Translations under genes and position numbers: made by a program
Shown: positions 59,530 to 64,000 of the stretch, in pieces
Layout: the number at the start of each line of letters is the position of its first letter
Position numbering within the stretch: the first letter of the stretch is position 1
Origin: an uncultured Verrucomicrobiae bacterium
GTDB taxonomy: Bacteria; Verrucomicrobiota; Verrucomicrobiia; Chthoniobacterales; Terrimicrobiaceae
Length of the DNA stretch: 64,000 nt
Direction: 5' to 3'
Assembly: GCA_963706955.1 (NCBI GenBank)
Contig: CAVPOC010000001.1
Coordinates: forward strand, 173,610-237,609
The notes under the pieces: model-generated
Databases searched by the model: none
Told to the model about the DNA's origin: nothing
What the model saw: the letters and a program-made list of their open reading frames with translations, nothing else

Positions 59530-60417
59530 GTGGCTCGAACCGTCGATCTCTACGAGAAGCAGAGGCGCTTAGCTTGGTACCTGATCGTGCCGGCGGTGCT
59601 CGTGGTGCTGCTGGTGATCGGCTTTCCGCTCGCTCAAGTTATCGTTTACTCCTTCATGAAGTACAAGCTTGACGGGGTTACCCCGGCAAGTTTCGTAGGT
59701 TTCGAGAATTACGCGTTTGTCTTCTCCGATCCGGACTGGTGGCGCGCGGTTTGGAATACTCTGGTCTTCAGCTTTTTCTCGGTGACGCTTGAGACCATTT
59801 TGGGTCTGGCGGTGGCCCTGATTGCGAATGCTCCATTCAAGGGGAGAACGTTTTTCCGCATTGCTCTTCTTGTTCCTTGGGCCATCCCCACTGTGGTTTC
59901 GTCGCAAATTTGGAAATGGATGTTCAACGACGTCTATGGTGTCGTAAATCTCCTGCTGACAAACTTCCACATCATCCCGGAGAAGATCGCGTGGCTCGCT
60001 ACTCCGGAGACGGCCCTTCCTGTCATTATCGCTGTCGACGTCTGGAAGACGACGCCTTTCATGGCCCTCCTCATCCTTGCCGGTTTGCAGATGATTCCTG
60101 GCGATATGTACGAGGCGGGCGCAATTGATGGAGCCACGGGGATTCGCAAGTTTTTCTATCTGACGCTGCCCTTCATTATGCCCACGCTTCTGGTGGCCCT
60201 CATCTTTCGAACTCTCGACGCACTCCGAGTATTCGACATTTTCTATATCATGGTTGGCGGCGCGGGCGACATGGCTACCATGGCGACGTACAATCGGCTG
60301 CAGTTGATAGACTTTTTGGACGCTGGAGTTGGTTCCGCCACCTCTGTGATCATCCTCCTATTCATCATGGTTTTTGTGATACTCTACACGCGCATCAGCA
60401 AGACCAGCTTCCAGTAA
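59530..60417 (+). CDS. Sugar ABC permease (ThuF/MalF-type)
   Basis: LVPWAIPTVVS, DVWKTTPF, YEAGAIDGA, RTLDALRVFD. Confidence 0.92.
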   Translation: MARTVDLYEKQRRLAWYLIVPAVLVVLLVIGFPLAQVIVYSFMKYKLDGVTPASFVGFENYAFVFSDPDWWRAVWNTLVFSFFSVTLETILGLAVALIANAPFKGRTFFRIALLVPWAIPTVVSSQIWKWMFNDVYGVVNLLLTNFHIIPEKIAWLATPETALPVIIAVDVWKTTPFMALLILAGLQMIPGDMYEAGAIDGATGIRKFFYLTLPFIMPTLLVALIFRTLDALRVFDIFYIMVGGAGDMATMATYNRLQLIDFLDAGVGSATSVIILLFIMVFVILYTRISKTSFQ

Positions 60418-60418
60418 G

Positions 60419-61261
60419 ATGAAAGAGCAAGATACCAGGTCGATTCTTCTCAAGGTGGGCTTTTGGGTTCTGGTCACTGCAGTTCTGATTTTTAATCTGT
60501 TTCCAGCCATCTACGCGCTCGTCTCGTCCTTCCGACCAAGTCAAGAGCTCTTTTCAACGGAAGTCATTCCCAGATCTTTAACGTTTGCTCATTACAAGGC
60601 TGTTTTCGCAGATGCACGTTTCGTTCGCAGCCTTCTCAACTCCATCATCATTGCAGGATCGACTGTCATTATCGCTCTGGGCCTCGGCAGCCTCTGTGCC
60701 TATGCCCTGGGCCGGCTTCCGTTCCGTTTCAAGGGGTCGGTGCTTTATTTGGTGTTGACCATGACCATGTTCCCGCAGATCGCCGTGCTCTCCGGATTGT
60801 TCGTCATGTTGAAAGGTCTCGGGCTTTTCAATACGCGCCCTGGTCTAGTCCTTACCTATTTGATCTTTACGCTGCCGTTTACCGTTTGGGTGATGACAAC
60901 GTACTTTAAAAGTCTGCCGAAGGAACTCGAGGAAGCTGCCTACGTCGACGGTGCGTCGCCTTTGACTGTATTCTGGGAAGTCTTGCTTCCCCTGACAGTG
61001 CCGGGCTTGATCTCGACTGGACTGCTCGCCTTCATCGGTGCTTGGAACGAATTCCTCTTTGCGCTCACTTTTACCGTCACCGATAATATGAAAACGGTCC
61101 CGGTCGTGATCTCACAGTTCAGCGGTGCGACGTCGTACGAACAGCCATGGGGATCGATCATGGCGGCATCGATGGTCGTGACGATTCCTTTGATTATTTT
61201 GGTGATGTATTTCCAGAATCGAATTGTGGCGGGCCTCACGGCCGGAGCTGTGAAGGGCTAA
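60419..61261 (+). CDS. Sugar ABC permease (ThuG/MalG-type)
   Basis: [33 protein letters not shown]. Confidence 0.92.
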   Translation: MKEQDTRSILLKVGFWVLVTAVLIFNLFPAIYALVSSFRPSQELFSTEVIPRSLTFAHYKAVFADARFVRSLLNSIIIAGSTVIIALGLGSLCAYALGRLPFRFKGSVLYLVLTMTMFPQIAVLSGLFVMLKGLGLFNTRPGLVLTYLIFTLPFTVWVMTTYFKSLPKELEEAAYVDGASPLTVFWEVLLPLTVPGLISTGLLAFIGAWNEFLFALTFTVTDNMKTVPVVISQFSGATSYEQPWGSIMAASMVVTIPLIILVMYFQNRIVAGLTAGAVKG

Positions 61262-61292
61262 GACAACGATGCAAGCTAACCGAGGCGGACCC

Positions 61293-62432
61293 ATGAAACC
61301 GAAAGAAGATGGATCAGTAAAGATCAGCAATTTGGTCAAGACGTATACCGATGATCGAGGGCGGCCGACCTTCACGGCGGTCAAGAACATCAATTTGGAG
61401 ATCAAGGACGGGGAGTTCATGGTGTTGGTGGGTCCCTCTGGGTGCGGGAAGTCGACGACCTTGCGGATGGTGGCGGGGCTGGAGAAGATCTCCAGCGGGA
61501 CGATCGCCATTGGGGGCAAGGTGGTCAACGATCTGGAGCCGAAGGATCGGGGGATCTCGATGGTCTTCCAGAGCTATGCGCTCTACCCGCACATGAATTT
61601 GTTCAACAACATGGCCTTTGGGCTGAAGCTGGCCAAGAAGCCCAAGGAGTTTATTTCGGATATTGTGGGGAGGACTTCGAAGGCGTTGGGGTTGGATCAC
61701 ATGCTGGAGCGCAAGCCGGGAGCGTTATCAGGAGGGCAGCGGCAGCGGGTGGCCTTGGGACGGGCGATCGTGCGCAATCCGACGGTGTTTTTGTTTGACG
61801 AGCCGTTATCGAACCTGGACGCGAAGATGCGGGTGCAGATGCGCTCGGAGATTTCGCGTCTGCATGCGGAGTTGGGCTCGACGATGATCTATGTGACCCA
61901 CGATCAGGTGGAGGCGATGACGATGGGGGATCGGATCTGTGTGATGCGCGACGGCTTGATCATGCAGGTGGCCGATCCGCTGACCTTGTTTCGGCAGCCG
62001 GAGAACATGTTTGTGGCCGGGTTTATTGGAAGCCCGCCGATGAATCTGATCAAGGGCAAGATTCAGAAGCGCGATGGAGGGCTGGTTTTCGTTGAGACCG
62101 CTGACTCGAACCCGCTGACGCTTCCTCTGAGCGGTGCTATCGAAGCACTTGGGGCCAAGTATGTCGACAAGGAGGTTGTTTTTGGAATTCGCCCTGAGCA
62201 GATCACCAATGAGCCAAGATCGGACGTCACCACGACGCCGGTTACTTTGAAGGTGGAGATTGCTGAGCCGATGGGTGCCGAATCCCTTGTGTATCTGAAG
62301 ACAGGCGCGGGTAGCATTATCGCTAGAATCCAGGGCGACCATATCTTCCATTTGGGTGAGGATGTTGTCGCCCACTTCGATATGGACAGGACTACCCTCT
62401 TCGATCCCAAAACCGAACAGGTGCTCACATAG
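61293..62432 (+). CDS. malK: Sugar ABC ATPase (MalK/ThuK/MsmK)
   Basis: [40 protein letters not shown]; alternative start 61269. Confidence 0.93.
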   Translation: MKPKEDGSVKISNLVKTYTDDRGRPTFTAVKNINLEIKDGEFMVLVGPSGCGKSTTLRMVAGLEKISSGTIAIGGKVVNDLEPKDRGISMVFQSYALYPHMNLFNNMAFGLKLAKKPKEFISDIVGRTSKALGLDHMLERKPGALSGGQRQRVALGRAIVRNPTVFLFDEPLSNLDAKMRVQMRSEISRLHAELGSTMIYVTHDQVEAMTMGDRICVMRDGLIMQVADPLTLFRQPENMFVAGFIGSPPMNLIKGKIQKRDGGLVFVETADSNPLTLPLSGAIEALGAKYVDKEVVFGIRPEQITNEPRSDVTTTPVTLKVEIAEPMGAESLVYLKTGAGSIIARIQGDHIFHLGEDVVAHFDMDRTTLFDPKTEQVLT

Positions 62433-62562
62433 TCGTCGCAAGCGAGGGTGCTCGAACCCTTGATCGGAACGAAAACTGGGTAGCCCCAGAGATGCCTTAC
62501 CCGATTGGTCGGTCCCAATCGGCCAGTCGTTCACCTTCTTCGGCGCGACTTCGTATTTCACA

Positions 62563-64000
62563 GTGAACTCGCCCGACGAGACTACCGTCAACGGCTACAC
62601 TAGGAAGTGGTGGAAAGAGGCCATCATCTACCAGATCTATCCACGCTCATTCAAGGACTCCAACGGCGACGGGATCGGAGACCTCAAGGGGATTACTTCG
62701 GAGCTCGATTACATCAAGACTCTGGGCATTGACGTCATTTGGCTCAGTCCTCATTTCGATTCACCGAATGCGGACAATGGCTATGACATTCGAGACTACC
62801 GCAAGGTAATGACCGAATTTGGCACGATGGATGACTTCGACGAGTTGCTCGAGGCGGTCAAAGAACGCGGGATGAAGATGATTCTTGATCTGGTCGTGAA
62901 TCACACCAGCGACGAGCACATCTGGTTTGTCGAAAGCCGCAAGTCGAAGGACAATCCGTTCCGAGACTTCTACATTTGGGCCCCACCGAAGCGGGGCCGG
63001 GAGCCAAATGATTGGGTCTCCTTCTTTTCGGGATCTGCTTGGAAGAAAGACGATGCCACTGGCGATTATTACCTCCATCTCTTTTCCGAGAAGCAACCTG
63101 ATCTCAATTGGGAAAATCCGAAAGTCCGCGCGGAAGTCTATGATCTGATGAAGTTCTGGCTGGAGAAGGGTGTAGATGGCTTTCGCATGGATGTCATCCC
63201 TTTCATCTCCAAACACCAGACCTTTCCTAACTTCCCAGACAGCTACGATGGCCGTCCTGAATTCATCTACGCGTCAGGGCCGAAGCTTCACGACTATCTC
63301 CAGGAAATGAATCGTGAGGTCTTGTCGAAGTATGACATTATGACGGTGGGAGAGGCCTTCGGGGTCACGCTCGAGCAAACGCCCTTGCTCGTGGACGAAC
63401 GCCGCAATGAGCTGAATATGATCTTCCACTTCGATGTCGTTCGACTGGACCGCGGGGAAGCTTGGCGATGGAAGCCGTGGACTCTGCCCGATTTGAAGGC
63501 CATCTATAGCCGTTTTGACAAAGGATTGGATACGCATTGCTGGCAGACGGTTTTCCTCTCGAACCACGACAATCCCCGTGCAGTCTCGCACTTTGGAGAC
63601 GATTCTCCCGAGTTCCGCGTGCAATCAGCAAAGCTTCTCATCCACGATGGTGCTCACGCTGAAGGGAACGCCTTTTATCTATCAAGGAGACGAATTGGGA
63701 ATGACAAACTATCCATTTCGCAGGTAGAGGAATTTGACGATATTGAAGTCAAGAACGCATGGAAAGCGGAGGTCCTTACCAATCAGGTCGATCCCCAGGA
63801 GTTTCTTGCACACACGCTTAAGACGAGTCGCGATCACTCGCGCACACCGATGCAGTGGGATGATTCTGAGAAGGCCGGCTTTACGAGCGCCAAGAGAGCA
63901 TGGCTTGCGGTGAACCCAAACTATCGAGAAATCAATGCCAGGCGAGCTCAGGCAGATCCGGACTCTGTTTATAACTATTTCAGGCAGATGATTGAGCTGC
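62563..64000 (+). CDS. GH13_31-type alpha-glucosidase / sucrose-isomerase-like protein, runs off the window end; compensating frameshifts at about 63640 and 63720
   Basis: Not in the ORF track because the frame has no stop. Translated by hand: WWKEAIIYQIYPRSFKDSNGDG, GFRMDVIP, TVGEAFG, NHDNPRAVSHFGDD, SRDHSRTPMQW. Confidence 0.92.
   Translation, partial: MNSPDETTVNGYTRKWWKEAIIYQIYPRSFKDSNGDGIGDLKGITSELDYIKTLGIDVIWLSPHFDSPNADNGYDIRDYRKVMTEFGTMDDFDELLEAVKERGMKMILDLVVNHTSDEHIWFVESRKSKDNPFRDFYIWAPPKRGREPNDWVSFFSGSAWKKDDATGDYYLHLFSEKQPDLNWENPKVRAEVYDLMKFWLEKGVDGFRMDVIPFISKHQTFPNFPDSYDGRPEFIYASGPKLHDYLQEMNREVLSKYDIMTVGEAFGVTLEQTPLLVDERRNELNMIFHFDVVRLDRGEAWRWKPWTLPDLKAIYSRFDKGLDTHCWQTVFLSNHDNPRAVSHFGDDSPEFRVQSAKLLIHDGAHAEGNAFYLSRRRIGNDKLSISQVEEFDDIEVKNAWKAEVLTNQVDPQEFLAHTLKTSRDHSRTPMQWDDSEKAGFTSAKRAWLAVNPNYREINARRAQADPDSVYNYFRQMIEL

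Noticed and set aside
731..63631. Numerous long antisense and alternate-frame ORFs in the track
   Set aside because: They overlap well-supported genes and are expected shadows in GC-rich DNA

Overview
Bacterial chromosomal window with no rRNA, tRNA, CRISPR array or transposase. It is most likely Verrucomicrobiota (Chthoniobacterales/Terrimicrobiaceae-like), inferred from an H-X9-DG pseudopilin, the REP-like palindromes and diderm envelope genes. Contents in order: (0.3-6 kb) a LolA-like/acyltransferase/deacetylase/GT2/PlsC/flippase/methyltransferase lipid-tailoring block; an RsbU-RsbW pair; an nfeD-floA operon; a secreted Pro/Thr-repeat protein and a pseudopilin; (13-18 kb) a four-protein signalling cluster; (15-32 kb) many stress-type small genes plus NlpC/P60, ROK, GcvH-like, TPM-TPM-LemA, a GT4 fusion, a GH3 remnant, M20, transglutaminase, OsmC and DUF72; (32-39 kb) a C30-type carotenoid operon with no CrtM/CrtB; (40-64 kb) an alpha-glucoside region with two malE, tandem MFS genes, GH13, malQ, malFG, a LamB-family porin, three paralogous lipoproteins, a second sugar ABC system and a sucrose-isomerase-like GH13. 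About eight genes carry small indels, mostly extra bases, which look like read-consensus errors. Best leads: (1) a candidate His-Asp-His-Asp phosphorelay using an ATPase-degenerate pseudokinase; (2) a lipoprotein array with an in-frame, synonymously diverged orphan C-terminal tail behind a TAG and a porin-tail duplication scar; (3) a lipoyl-lysine-less GcvH-like gene divergent from a ROK protein lacking its ExGH histidine; (4) a CrtM-less carotenoid operon with an internally shortened ALDH. All calls come from reading motifs by eye; no database searches were run.
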